From an uncultured archaeon (GTDB lineage: Archaea; Thermoproteota; EX4484-205; JAAOZP01): DNA of 64,000 nucleotides. The stretch's first letter is position 1; the number at the start of each line of letters is the position of its first letter. Positions 10,021 to 18,572 of this stretch are shown here, piece by piece. The stretch lies in NCBI GenBank assembly GCA_938045545.1, contig CALIBN010000002.1, forward strand, positions 100,493 to 164,492. The letters run 5' to 3'. The notes beneath the pieces are model-generated. The model was given only the letters and a program-made list of their open reading frames with translations. It ran no database searches and had not been told where the DNA came from. A program made the translations under genes and the position numbers.

Positions 10021-11799
10021 CTACTGTGCCTCCTTGGGCTCCTCCTCGATCTTCTTCAACTGACTCCTATACATTTCCAGGATCTCCTTAACGGTTGTCG
10101 CCTGCTCCGGAGACTTATCGTCCCTAAGCTTCCCCGTGTACTTCGGGAAGCGGCCGGCGAAGCCTGACCCCTCTCTAACCAAGCCTAGGCCGCACGTGTG
10201 AACCGGGCTCAGGGTTATTTCGGAAACTATTATCTCAATGACTATTCTGGGCTCAACCCAGACGTCGGCCTCAATCTTAGAATCCACCCTTGGATGACTA
10301 TGCTCAATCCTGTATTTGTCAACCAGCTCGGTGAATCTCTCAAGGTCTTCGTCTGTAAAACCGGTTCCGCATTTAGCAAATGTTCTGAACATGTCCTCCT
10401 CAGGGTCATAGGCGGCTAGAAGATACGCGCCGTACCTGCCTGCCCTCTTCCCCCTGCCGTGGAAAGCCCCGACTATAACCAGGTCTATGGTGTCAGCGAC
10501 CTCAACCTTATACTCTCTCTTCAGCTTTATCCAGCTCCACTCTCTGGCACCAGCCCTATAGGGTGCTTTCAAATCCTTAACAACAAGCCCTTCGCAGCCC
10601 TCTGAAATAGCTTCCTCCATGAAGCTCTCTATCTCGCTTGGGTTTCTCGAAACGATTTGCCTAACCAGCTTAACCCTCTCGTCTTCAACAATAATCCTGC
10701 TTAACGCAGCTCTCCGCTCAACGTATTGTTTCTGAGTATAATCCATCCCGTCAGCATACAGGAGGTCGAAGAAGAATAGTGCAACAGGATACTCTTTCAT
10801 CGCCTCCTCCACGCCATACTTCCTCCTCCTGTGCATAAGCTCTTGAAAAGGCAGCAGCTCCCCAGTATCCGGGTTTATCGCTACGCACTCAGCCTCAAGA
10901 ATAGCCTCACGGGCCTTCACATTCCTCTTGGCTAGCTCTATAGCGTCAGGATAGTGGCCAGTAATGTTTTCAAGCCTCCTAGAGAAAAGCATGATGCCGC
11001 CATCATACTTATGAACCTGGATGCGCTCCCCGTCGAGCTTATATTCTGCAGCAGCCTCGCCGCCAAGTTTTTCAAGAACCTCTTGAACGGTTGTCAAGCG
11101 TTCCGCAAGCATCGGCCTAACAGGCTTGCCGACCGTAATCTTAAAATCTGAAACACCGTTGAGCCCCTTCTCGGCAACAGCCCTCGCGACAGCCCCTAGG
11201 TCGCTGGATATGTTGTATGCACGCTCTATAATAGGCCTGTTAGACTTGTCTCCTGTGAACGCTTGAGCGAGGGCATCGAGTATCGTGTAGTCAGCTATGC
11301 CGAGCCTAAGCCTCCCGGTGATCGTTCTAACAGCATACTTAGCCTCCTTCGGAGACATGTCTATCAGCAGGGAGACGAGTAGGCTAGTCTTCTGGGTCAC
11401 GGAGCCTTTCCCACCTAGCTTAGCAAGCCTGTAGAGCTTCTCGTATACTTCCAGGAGGGTTGGGTTCCTGCTTACAAGCTTCCTCTGAACCTTTCTTCCT
11501 GCAAGGGTTTCCGCCACGCTTCCAAGGTCTCCGGTCTCCCTATAGATTTTCTCAACAGTATTCTGGTCAAACCCCGAGAAATCCGTTAAAGCCCTTAAGA
11601 CGAGCTTGTCAGCCATCCCGAACTCCAGGCCCTCGTAGTCCGGCCTAACTTTTCCCTGAAGCAGGTAGACGAGCTTCTCAAGCTCAGCGGGGCTGGCTTT
11701 CCTGAACAGGTCCGTGAGGAAGCTAGTCATTTCAATCCTTTTCGTCGTCGACTCGATTTGCTCCATCGCGTCCGCGACTTCTCTGAAAAGCATAACCAT
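10021..11799 (-). CDS. lig: ATP-dependent DNA ligase
   Basis: KLDGER adenylation motif, EGLVVK, WIKLK, RFP. True start about 11799/11793; the longer ORF-track start overlaps the next gene. Confidence 0.96.
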   Translation of the reverse strand: MVMLFREVADAMEQIESTTKRIEMTSFLTDLFRKASPAELEKLVYLLQGKVRPDYEGLEFGMADKLVLRALTDFSGFDQNTVEKIYRETGDLGSVAETLAGRKVQRKLVSRNPTLLEVYEKLYRLAKLGGKGSVTQKTSLLVSLLIDMSPKEAKYAVRTITGRLRLGIADYTILDALAQAFTGDKSNRPIIERAYNISSDLGAVARAVAEKGLNGVSDFKITVGKPVRPMLAERLTTVQEVLEKLGGEAAAEYKLDGERIQVHKYDGGIMLFSRRLENITGHYPDAIELAKRNVKAREAILEAECVAINPDTGELLPFQELMHRRRKYGVEEAMKEYPVALFFFDLLYADGMDYTQKQYVERRAALSRIIVEDERVKLVRQIVSRNPSEIESFMEEAISEGCEGLVVKDLKAPYRAGAREWSWIKLKREYKVEVADTIDLVIVGAFHGRGKRAGRYGAYLLAAYDPEEDMFRTFAKCGTGFTDEDLERFTELVDKYRIEHSHPRVDSKIEADVWVEPRIVIEIIVSEITLSPVHTCGLGLVREGSGFAGRFPKYTGKLRDDKSPEQATTVKEILEMYRSQLKKIEEEPKEAQ

Positions 11800-11842
11800 G
11801 GTTTTTAAGCGCATTTGGAGTGGTAAAAATGTTTCTGTCTCT

Positions 11843-12310
11843 TTAGAAGGAACCGGGTGGGGATTCCGAGACGAGGAAGGCTTCCAGGAGCTTCCTGAAA
11901 TCAACCGGGTCTCCTTCTCCAATCCCGGGACATTGCTCGTCGAAGAGGAAAACATACTCCTTGGAGCCGTGTTTAACCACCTCCACGTCTTCAGGGAGGC
12001 TTAGAAAGTGCTCCAGCACATTTTTCTCAACCGGGTAGAAAGGGTAAAGCCTGCATAAAAGAGGCTTGTAATCGTGGATGGTGCAAAGCCCATTTCTGAG
12101 GAATGGGCATAAACCTTTTTCACCGACCAGGATCATCCTACCCTCAGGGGTATAGTGTGGATTGAAGGAAGGTTTAGCGCTTCTAATCTTCTTCACATCT
12201 TCTTCAGAAAGCTCTGGGGTTAGACCGCAGCATTTCTCCCCGCAAAGTCTACATCTGAAAAGCATGTTTCTCCAAGCTATCGGAAGCCTAGAGGAAATAT
12301 TTTCAACCAT
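11843..12310 (-). CDS. YkgJ-family cysteine cluster (Zn/Fe-S) protein
   Basis: CxxCGxxCC, CPFL, CTIHxxKPxxCRxYPF and CPG motifs. Confidence 0.88.
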   Translation of the reverse strand: MVENISSRLPIAWRNMLFRCRLCGEKCCGLTPELSEEDVKKIRSAKPSFNPHYTPEGRMILVGEKGLCPFLRNGLCTIHDYKPLLCRLYPFYPVEKNVLEHFLSLPEDVEVVKHGSKEYVFLFDEQCPGIGEGDPVDFRKLLEAFLVSESPPGSF

Positions 12311-12365
12311 TTAAACAGACGCTTACAGGAAGCTTTTTAAAACCTTATCCTTCAACCGAGTAGGC

Positions 12366-12947
12366 TTGAAGCGTAAAACTGCTGAAGCCCTCTCCTACCT
12401 GTTATCCAACCCCGTGGTAGGTGGGCTCGGAGGACTCGTATTGATGCTTAGGGAGGAGGCTTTACTAGACAACCCTGCGCTGAACATTCTAATAGTGTTG
12501 CTCTTCTACAGCATAGTCCCCTTTTTAAGCGTCTACTATCTCAGGCTGCGTGGTAAATCAGACGTGTTTATGAGTGAGAAAAGCAGGAGGCCGAAGCACT
12601 TTATTCCTGGGTTAGTGGGCTACGCGGTTTCAGCAATCGTCTTCCAAGCCTGGGGAATGAAGCTGATGAGAACCGTTTCATCCTCCTTCCTTTTAACATC
12701 GCTGATCCTCCTGCTCCTAACATTCGCGACAAAGGTGAGTATTCACGTCGGAGGCCTGACTGTGACAGTAATCCTAATACTTTACTCCTACTGGCCCACC
12801 GGATTAATCCTCTTACCCCTAATACCTGTTTTAGCGTGGGCACGCGTAAGCACGGGTGAGCACACCTGCTGGCAGACGGTGCTTGGCGTCTTTTCAGGCA
12901 CCGTGGGAGGCCTGCTCGGAATAGCGTTTTTCCCAACGTGGTATTAA
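12366..12947 (+). CDS. PAP2-like membrane phosphatase family protein
   Basis: About 6 TM segments; KVSIH and WARVxxGEH motifs. Confidence 0.7.
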   Translation: MKRKTAEALSYLLSNPVVGGLGGLVLMLREEALLDNPALNILIVLLFYSIVPFLSVYYLRLRGKSDVFMSEKSRRPKHFIPGLVGYAVSAIVFQAWGMKLMRTVSSSFLLTSLILLLLTFATKVSIHVGGLTVTVILILYSYWPTGLILLPLIPVLAWARVSTGEHTCWQTVLGVFSGTVGGLLGIAFFPTWY

Positions 12948-12951
12948 CGCT

Positions 12952-13695
12952 TCACCAGTGCGCAGCCAAGCTGCCGAGCCTAGGGAAGGCTTTCAACCCT
13001 TCTCCCTGAGCTAGAAGCACGGGTGTAAACGACATCAGGTTGACTTTTCTAAGGATTGGGGAAAGAAGACTATTCGCGTCAACCTCGTTCACCGCCATCC
13101 CCATTGTCAAAGGGTTCATCGAGGGGAGTACTATTATCTTCACCCCCCTGTGCTCACCGTAGAGGAAGCTTTTAAACCGGTGTTTAACCCCTATTGAGTC
13201 CCTTATTGAGACAACAGGGTGTTCATGACCCATGAGAACGGTGCTTCCGTCTCCAGGCAACTCGTGTTCCCTGTCTCCATGTATCAGAAAGTATTTCCCA
13301 AGCCTCAGAGGCGGGTCCTGAAACTCCACGTTAAGCCTCCTTAAAACAATCCTCACGAAATTGTCATGGTTCCCCCTAACCAGCAGCGGCTCAGCGCCTA
13401 AGCTGCGAACATCGTTAACAAAATCCTGAACCTGCGTCCATTCCTCAGGATTTATGTCTCCAAACTCGTTCTTAATGTCCCCGAGGATTATAAGTCTCTT
13501 AGCAGACCTGTAGTTGAACATGTTTCTCAGCGACTTGACTACCGGGGCATATGTCGGGAAGGGGATGTGTACTCCTTTCTCCTCAAGCTCCCATTCTAGG
13601 CCGAGGTGAATATCGGCTACGACGATGGCGTCCATGGATTTTACGTAGAGGGCGGGTTCGAACTCGACTATCTCAACATCGTCAGTCAGCAGCAT
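12952..13695 (-). CDS. Lhr-associated metallophosphoesterase (calcineurin-like)
   Basis: ADIHLG, LGD, GNHD, HG and GHEHP motifs; overlaps the lhr stop. Confidence 0.88.
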   Translation of the reverse strand: MLLTDDVEIVEFEPALYVKSMDAIVVADIHLGLEWELEEKGVHIPFPTYAPVVKSLRNMFNYRSAKRLIILGDIKNEFGDINPEEWTQVQDFVNDVRSLGAEPLLVRGNHDNFVRIVLRRLNVEFQDPPLRLGKYFLIHGDREHELPGDGSTVLMGHEHPVVSIRDSIGVKHRFKSFLYGEHRGVKIIVLPSMNPLTMGMAVNEVDANSLLSPILRKVNLMSFTPVLLAQGEGLKAFPRLGSLAAHW

Positions 13696-16330
13696 GTATT
13701 GCCGCCAGAACCTCCCTGTGAAGCCTCTCTAGAAGCGTCCTCTTATCCTCCATGAGCACGACATCTGAGAAGCTTGAAACAAGCAGCGAGTGGGATAGGG
13801 GTGAAGCAATTCTGTTGGGCCTGCAGACCAGCGGGCTCCTCACACCCTCTTCAAGCTCTGCTACGAACCTCATCGCGTTCTTAATATCCATGACATCCTC
13901 AAGGATCTCCCTGTAGGTTTCCCTCATAACGGGGAAATCCTTCAAATCCTTCACAGCCTTAAGAACATGCTCAGAGTTCAACTGGAGTTTAGAAACCATC
14001 ACCTCGTGACCCTTATAGTTCCTAAGGATCATGAAGCTCCTTACAGCAACATGTCTAAATCTATGTTTCAACATGTCCGTCTTTTCAATCGACGAGACGA
14101 CGAGCTCCTGAAGGTTTGAAGAATTCACTGACCTAACAATCTTTTCAGGATCAACCCTGTATTTGGGCGGAAGTATCAGCAGGAAGCCATTATCGCTCAC
14201 CGCGATCTGTATTGAAACAGATCCGAGCAGGTTTGACGCAGCCACTGCGAACGCTCTTGAAAGCACGTCGTTAACTCTTCTCCCGACTAGGCTGTGGAAA
14301 ACAACAATCTGCCTACCCGATTCGTCGACATAGTTCTCCACTATTAGCGAGCCCCTCCTGATGTACGGGAGTATGCCTATGTTGTTAAAGTATTCCGCGG
14401 TTATCTTAAGATAGTCGTAGAGGGCGACGGCAGTCTTCCTGTCTATCTTGAAATACTCCATGTATTGCTTAACCCTGTCCTCCTTCCGGTCGAACAGGAT
14501 CGTCTGGAGCTCTCTTATCCTAAACTCGTCTATCATGCTCGCCAGGTCGTAGGAGAGGGGAAGCATCTCGGAGAACCATTGGGGCACGGTCGGCTTCTCA
14601 CCTTCAGCAGGCTCGACGATAAGCTTCATTAAGCGGCTTTTCAAACACCTGTACGGCCTACCTCCCAGCAGGAAGATGTCCCCGGGGGAAAGCCTTTCGA
14701 AAAACTCCTCCTCAATGTTTCCAACAGGCCTGTTATCCCTAGTGAAAACCTTAACCATCGCCATGTCAGGTATCGTACCGGTGTTAGTCATGTAGATCAC
14801 CCTGGCGAGATTACCCCTTCTCCCGAAAACCCCGTCAGCCTCGTCAAGCCAAATCTTCCCGTAAACCTTATATCCCTCGAGCTGCCTGTAATACCCGCTT
14901 AAATACCTCAGGACGCTTATGAAATCCTCTCTTCCAAGGTTTCTGAAATTGTATGATCTCCTGACGAGACCATAAGCCTCGTCAATCCTCCATTTTCTCT
15001 CAACAGCCATGCCTACGATATGCTGGGCTAAAACGTCGAGAGGATTCTCCGGAATATAGGTTTCGTCAAGCTTTCCTGCTTCAGCAGCCTTAGACATGAC
15101 CAGAACCTCTAGCAGATCATCTCTCTCCATCGGTATGAAAATACCTTTTGAAACAGCCTCGAGAGAATGGCCCGAGCGCCCAACTCTTTGAATAGCCCGG
15201 GTCACGGACTTGGGTGAGCCTATTTGGACAACGCAGTCTATGAAGCCGATGTCTATCCCTAGTTCAAGCGAGGTACTGGTGACGACAGCCTTAAGCCTCC
15301 CCTTCTTCAACCTGTCTTCAACGTCCAGCCTAACCTCGCGAGAGAGAGAGGAATGGTGAGCAGCATACTCGTCCTCGCTCAACACGGTTTTAGGCCTGAG
15401 CTTCTTAAGATGGTATACTACCCTCTCGGTGCTGCTTCGCGTGTTTGTGAAGATGAGAGTAGTCCTGTTGCGCTTTATGATTTCGTTTATCAACCTGTAC
15501 ATTCTTCTGCTGAGCTCTTCAGCAGGCGTGTGAACCAAGTCGTGGTGCGGCGACACGACTTTAAGCTCGAACTTCTTCGAAGCATGAACATCCACTATGG
15601 TGCAGGGCCGCGGCGAAGAATCCTCATATCCGGCCAGGTAGGCAGCAATCTTCTCCAAAGGATGGATGGTTGCGGATAGGCCTATTCTCTGGAAATCTTG
15701 GCCGGTAAAGCTTCTCAGTCTTTCAAGGCTTAGGGAGAGGTGGGCACCCCTCTTAGAACTGCAGAGCTCGTGTATCTCGTCCACTACAACCCACTTGACA
15801 CCCTTTAGGAAAGACCTGAACTTCGGCGCTACGAGAATTATAGATAGGCTTTCAGGAGTAGTTATGAGTATGTGAGGAGGCTTCTTAAGCATTCTTCCTC
15901 TTTCAGAGGTTTTAGTATCGCCCGTCCTAACGTGGATCCTTATCTCTGGAAGCGAGACCCCTTTCTCCTCGGCAAGCCTCCTTAACTCTTCCAAGGGCTG
16001 TGAAAGATTCTTCCTCACGTCATTGTTTAAAGACCGGAGGGGAGAAACATAAACGCAGTAAACCCTGTCTTCAAGCCTGCCTTCAAAACCAGTTTTAATC
16101 AGATCGTCCAGAATCGTTAGGAAGCATGCGAGCGTCTTACCGCTTCCGGTTGGTGCAGAGATTAAAGTGTTCTCACCCCTTCTAATGGGCATTATCCCGT
16201 AGGACTGTGGCGGGGTCAGCCCTTTGAACCTGCTTCTCAACCATTCTCCAACTATAGGGTGAAGTATCTTAACAACATCCTCAAGCGAACTCTTAACAGT
16301 GTAGAACCTGTAGGGCTCCCCTGACATCAC
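13682..16330 (-). CDS. lhr: Lhr-family SF2 ATP-dependent helicase
   Basis: APTGSGKT, DEIH, GLSAT, HHSSL, LELGID and QRVGRSGH motifs; C-terminal Lhr domain (PQWFSE). Confidence 0.95.
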   Translation of the reverse strand: MMSGEPYRFYTVKSSLEDVVKILHPIVGEWLRSRFKGLTPPQSYGIMPIRRGENTLISAPTGSGKTLACFLTILDDLIKTGFEGRLEDRVYCVYVSPLRSLNNDVRKNLSQPLEELRRLAEEKGVSLPEIRIHVRTGDTKTSERGRMLKKPPHILITTPESLSIILVAPKFRSFLKGVKWVVVDEIHELCSSKRGAHLSLSLERLRSFTGQDFQRIGLSATIHPLEKIAAYLAGYEDSSPRPCTIVDVHASKKFELKVVSPHHDLVHTPAEELSRRMYRLINEIIKRNRTTLIFTNTRSSTERVVYHLKKLRPKTVLSEDEYAAHHSSLSREVRLDVEDRLKKGRLKAVVTSTSLELGIDIGFIDCVVQIGSPKSVTRAIQRVGRSGHSLEAVSKGIFIPMERDDLLEVLVMSKAAEAGKLDETYIPENPLDVLAQHIVGMAVERKWRIDEAYGLVRRSYNFRNLGREDFISVLRYLSGYYRQLEGYKVYGKIWLDEADGVFGRRGNLARVIYMTNTGTIPDMAMVKVFTRDNRPVGNIEEEFFERLSPGDIFLLGGRPYRCLKSRLMKLIVEPAEGEKPTVPQWFSEMLPLSYDLASMIDEFRIRELQTILFDRKEDRVKQYMEYFKIDRKTAVALYDYLKITAEYFNNIGILPYIRRGSLIVENYVDESGRQIVVFHSLVGRRVNDVLSRAFAVAASNLLGSVSIQIAVSDNGFLLILPPKYRVDPEKIVRSVNSSNLQELVVSSIEKTDMLKHRFRHVAVRSFMILRNYKGHEVMVSKLQLNSEHVLKAVKDLKDFPVMRETYREILEDVMDIKNAMRFVAELEEGVRSPLVCRPNRIASPLSHSLLVSSFSDVVLMEDKRTLLERLHREVLAAIHAAD

Positions 16331-16379
16331 TCAGGCTCCTTCAAAAGTTATGCGTAGGATAGTGTTGATAAACCTTATC

Positions 16380-16979
16380 CTAACCCCTGTTTTCCCACCG
16401 AGGCATCACTATAAGGCCTTCATCAGGATCCCCATAGGCCTCGTAATCACCATCGTAAAACATTTTCGCCACGAGTGCAGCAGTAACCGCGTCAAGCTCA
16501 TGATGAGTTGCCGCATTTTCCAGCCCCCTTACTATGAAACGTGCCAATCCTTTCCGAAGCCCATCGACGCCCCGGGATTTGCGCGGTATCCTAAGGATAT
16601 CCTGGGCTCCGCCGGGATAAACCTCTATAACCCTGAAACCAGAGGAGCAAAGCATCTTCTTAAGCCTGATACCTCTTTCCGTCAGGGAGCGCATCGGCCC
16701 CAGTGTAACGGGGAAAAACCTTATGCCTCTTCTCAGAAGCTCCCTGTCGCAATCCCTAAGGTGGACGCTACTCCTAACCTCAAGGCTTACCCTTCCCCTC
16801 GGCAGGGAGAGCGGGGCATCGACCGCAACCACCGCAGGGTTGAAACGTGAAACTTCCCCCAGGATCTCCGCATCCTTGTGCAGGATCATTGTTTCAACGC
16901 TTAGAGACTCATCTAGGACTGCGAAGCCGCTCGGCCTGGTCTCAACCCCGGCTAGATCAATGCCCGCGAAAAACATCAT
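16380..16979 (-). CDS. DUF429 predicted nuclease (RNase H fold)
   Basis: GIDLAG, VDAPL, IEVYP and HELDA motifs. Confidence 0.82.
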   Translation of the reverse strand: MMFFAGIDLAGVETRPSGFAVLDESLSVETMILHKDAEILGEVSRFNPAVVAVDAPLSLPRGRVSLEVRSSVHLRDCDRELLRRGIRFFPVTLGPMRSLTERGIRLKKMLCSSGFRVIEVYPGGAQDILRIPRKSRGVDGLRKGLARFIVRGLENAATHHELDAVTAALVAKMFYDGDYEAYGDPDEGLIVMPRWENRG

Positions 16980-17737
16980 ATTCTCAACCCAAACAGCTTG
17001 AGAGCGTTTCTAGTAGTTTCCTCAGCAACAGTATCCGGGTCGACTTTTTTAACCCTAGCTATCTCCCTGAGGCTGAAAACTATGTTTGCAGGCTCATTCC
17101 TCTTAAACGGGTCAACCCCGAGAACAGGCGAGTCAGACTCCAGCAGAATGTTTTCCAACGGCAGCCTAGCCGCAAGCTTCTGCTTCTGCGGCGACCTCAC
17201 TATTGAGGGTGGAATGCTGAAGAAGAAGCCTGCTTCAACACCCTTCATAGCATACGAGGCCTTCCCGTCGAAAGCATGCATCAAAACCCTCTTAGCATTG
17301 TTTTTAACCAGTACGTCGATAGCCTCTCTCCCGGCGCTTCTAGAGTGAACTATAATCGGCACATCAAGCTTTTTAGCGAGCTCTATGAAATCTTCGAAAA
17401 CCCTGATAAGCCTATCCCTGTCCTCGCGACTCCTAACCGTATAGTAGTCTAGGCCCACCTCGCCAACTCCGATTATCCTACTCTTATTATCCAGAATGAG
17501 CCGCATAACTTCCTCATGGCTGAAAGAGAAAGGCGCTCCATAGTCGATACCGATTGTCGAGTAAACATAACCCCTGAATCTTTCCGAAATCCTCAGGGAC
17601 CTTAAACCACCATCCTTGCCTAGTCCACAGTCCACGATAGCGGCTAAACCGTTCTCCCTGGCTTTCAACACGACACTATCCAGGTCCGCCTCGAAAGAGC
17701 TGTCGCTCAAATGTGCATGCGCATCCACGAGCTGCAA
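16976..17737 (-). CDS. tatD: TatD family deoxyribonuclease
   Basis: DAHAH, GEVGLD, VHSR, HAF and LESDSP motifs. Confidence 0.92.
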   Translation of the reverse strand: MQLVDAHAHLSDSSFEADLDSVVLKARENGLAAIVDCGLGKDGGLRSLRISERFRGYVYSTIGIDYGAPFSFSHEEVMRLILDNKSRIIGVGEVGLDYYTVRSREDRDRLIRVFEDFIELAKKLDVPIIVHSRSAGREAIDVLVKNNAKRVLMHAFDGKASYAMKGVEAGFFFSIPPSIVRSPQKQKLAARLPLENILLESDSPVLGVDPFKRNEPANIVFSLREIARVKKVDPDTVAEETTRNALKLFGLRI

Positions 17738-17807
17738 GGAGACGAGTCGGATTGTTCGAAGGCAGAGATAAACCTTTAACTAGCCTAAGCCGGCTAACTA
17801 AGCCGGG

Positions 17808-18011
17808 ATGGTTAAGAAGGCGAGCACTAAGCTATATGTGCTTAACAAGAGGCTGAGCGGGAAAACATACTCTGCAACGATGCTGTATTTGCCGAGTAAG
17901 GTTGTTAACGATTCAGCTTTCCCCCTGAGGAAGAAGGGCAGGCTCATCGTGAAAATAGTTGGCAAAAAGCTAGTTGTTGAAAACGAGAAGACGGGCAGGA
18001 GAAAGCATTAG
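17808..18011 (+). CDS. Small basic AbrB/MazE-like DNA-binding protein
   Basis: 67 aa, beta-LYLP-helix-beta-beta pattern; TATA-like CTTTAA upstream. Confidence 0.5.
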   Translation: MVKKASTKLYVLNKRLSGKTYSATMLYLPSKVVNDSAFPLRKKGRLIVKIVGKKLVVENEKTGRRKH

Positions 18012-18394
18012 CCAAGCCTGTGCTTGAAACTGGTGAAAGCCGTGTAAATTATTATGAATTGTTCAAGCTCCCTTAGGAAGCCTGTGCTTATATGCCATGA
18101 TCCTTCTCTTTTCTCCACTATCCCGGCTCCCACAAGCCCCCTAATCATGTTGTAAAACTGGCCAACCGTGATCCTTCTTCTTACCACCCAGCTTTTCCAC
18201 TCGCTCACACTCATGCCTGAAGACCCCCTGGAGACAAGCTCCTCGCAGAAAACCTTCGCCTCAGACGCTAAAAGCGGGCTTCTCCAGAAAACCCTGGAAA
18301 ACATCTCGTCAACGGTAGCGGGGACCCTGCCAGCTTTAAAAAGTATTGTAGTCCCTTTATGCGTCTGCCTACCCCTCCGGCTCCTCCTAGGCAT
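18008..18394 (-). CDS. Hypothetical protein, probable winged-helix DNA-binding fold
   Basis: FYNMIRGLVGAGIVEKREGSWHIS wing motif; basic N-terminus. Confidence 0.55.
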   Translation of the reverse strand: MPRRSRRGRQTHKGTTILFKAGRVPATVDEMFSRVFWRSPLLASEAKVFCEELVSRGSSGMSVSEWKSWVVRRRITVGQFYNMIRGLVGAGIVEKREGSWHISTGFLRELEQFIIIYTAFTSFKHRLG

Positions 18395-18572
18395 ACTCTC
18401 TACTTCTAAAAGCTCAGAGAAAAGGCTTACTGACCCCTGTTAACATGCCTCACTGAGGCGGCGATGAAATAGTGAAGCAGACCTAAGGCATGTCATGGCA
18501 GGGTCCACTAATCGCGAACCTAGCATAACGAAGCGAATAAAACTGAGGAATGGACCAGTTGTGCATGCTGCA

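Noticed and set aside
11800-11955. N-terminal extension of DNA ligase given in the ORF track
   Set aside because: Overlaps the YkgJ gene; a TATA-like element and ligase homology support a start at about 11799
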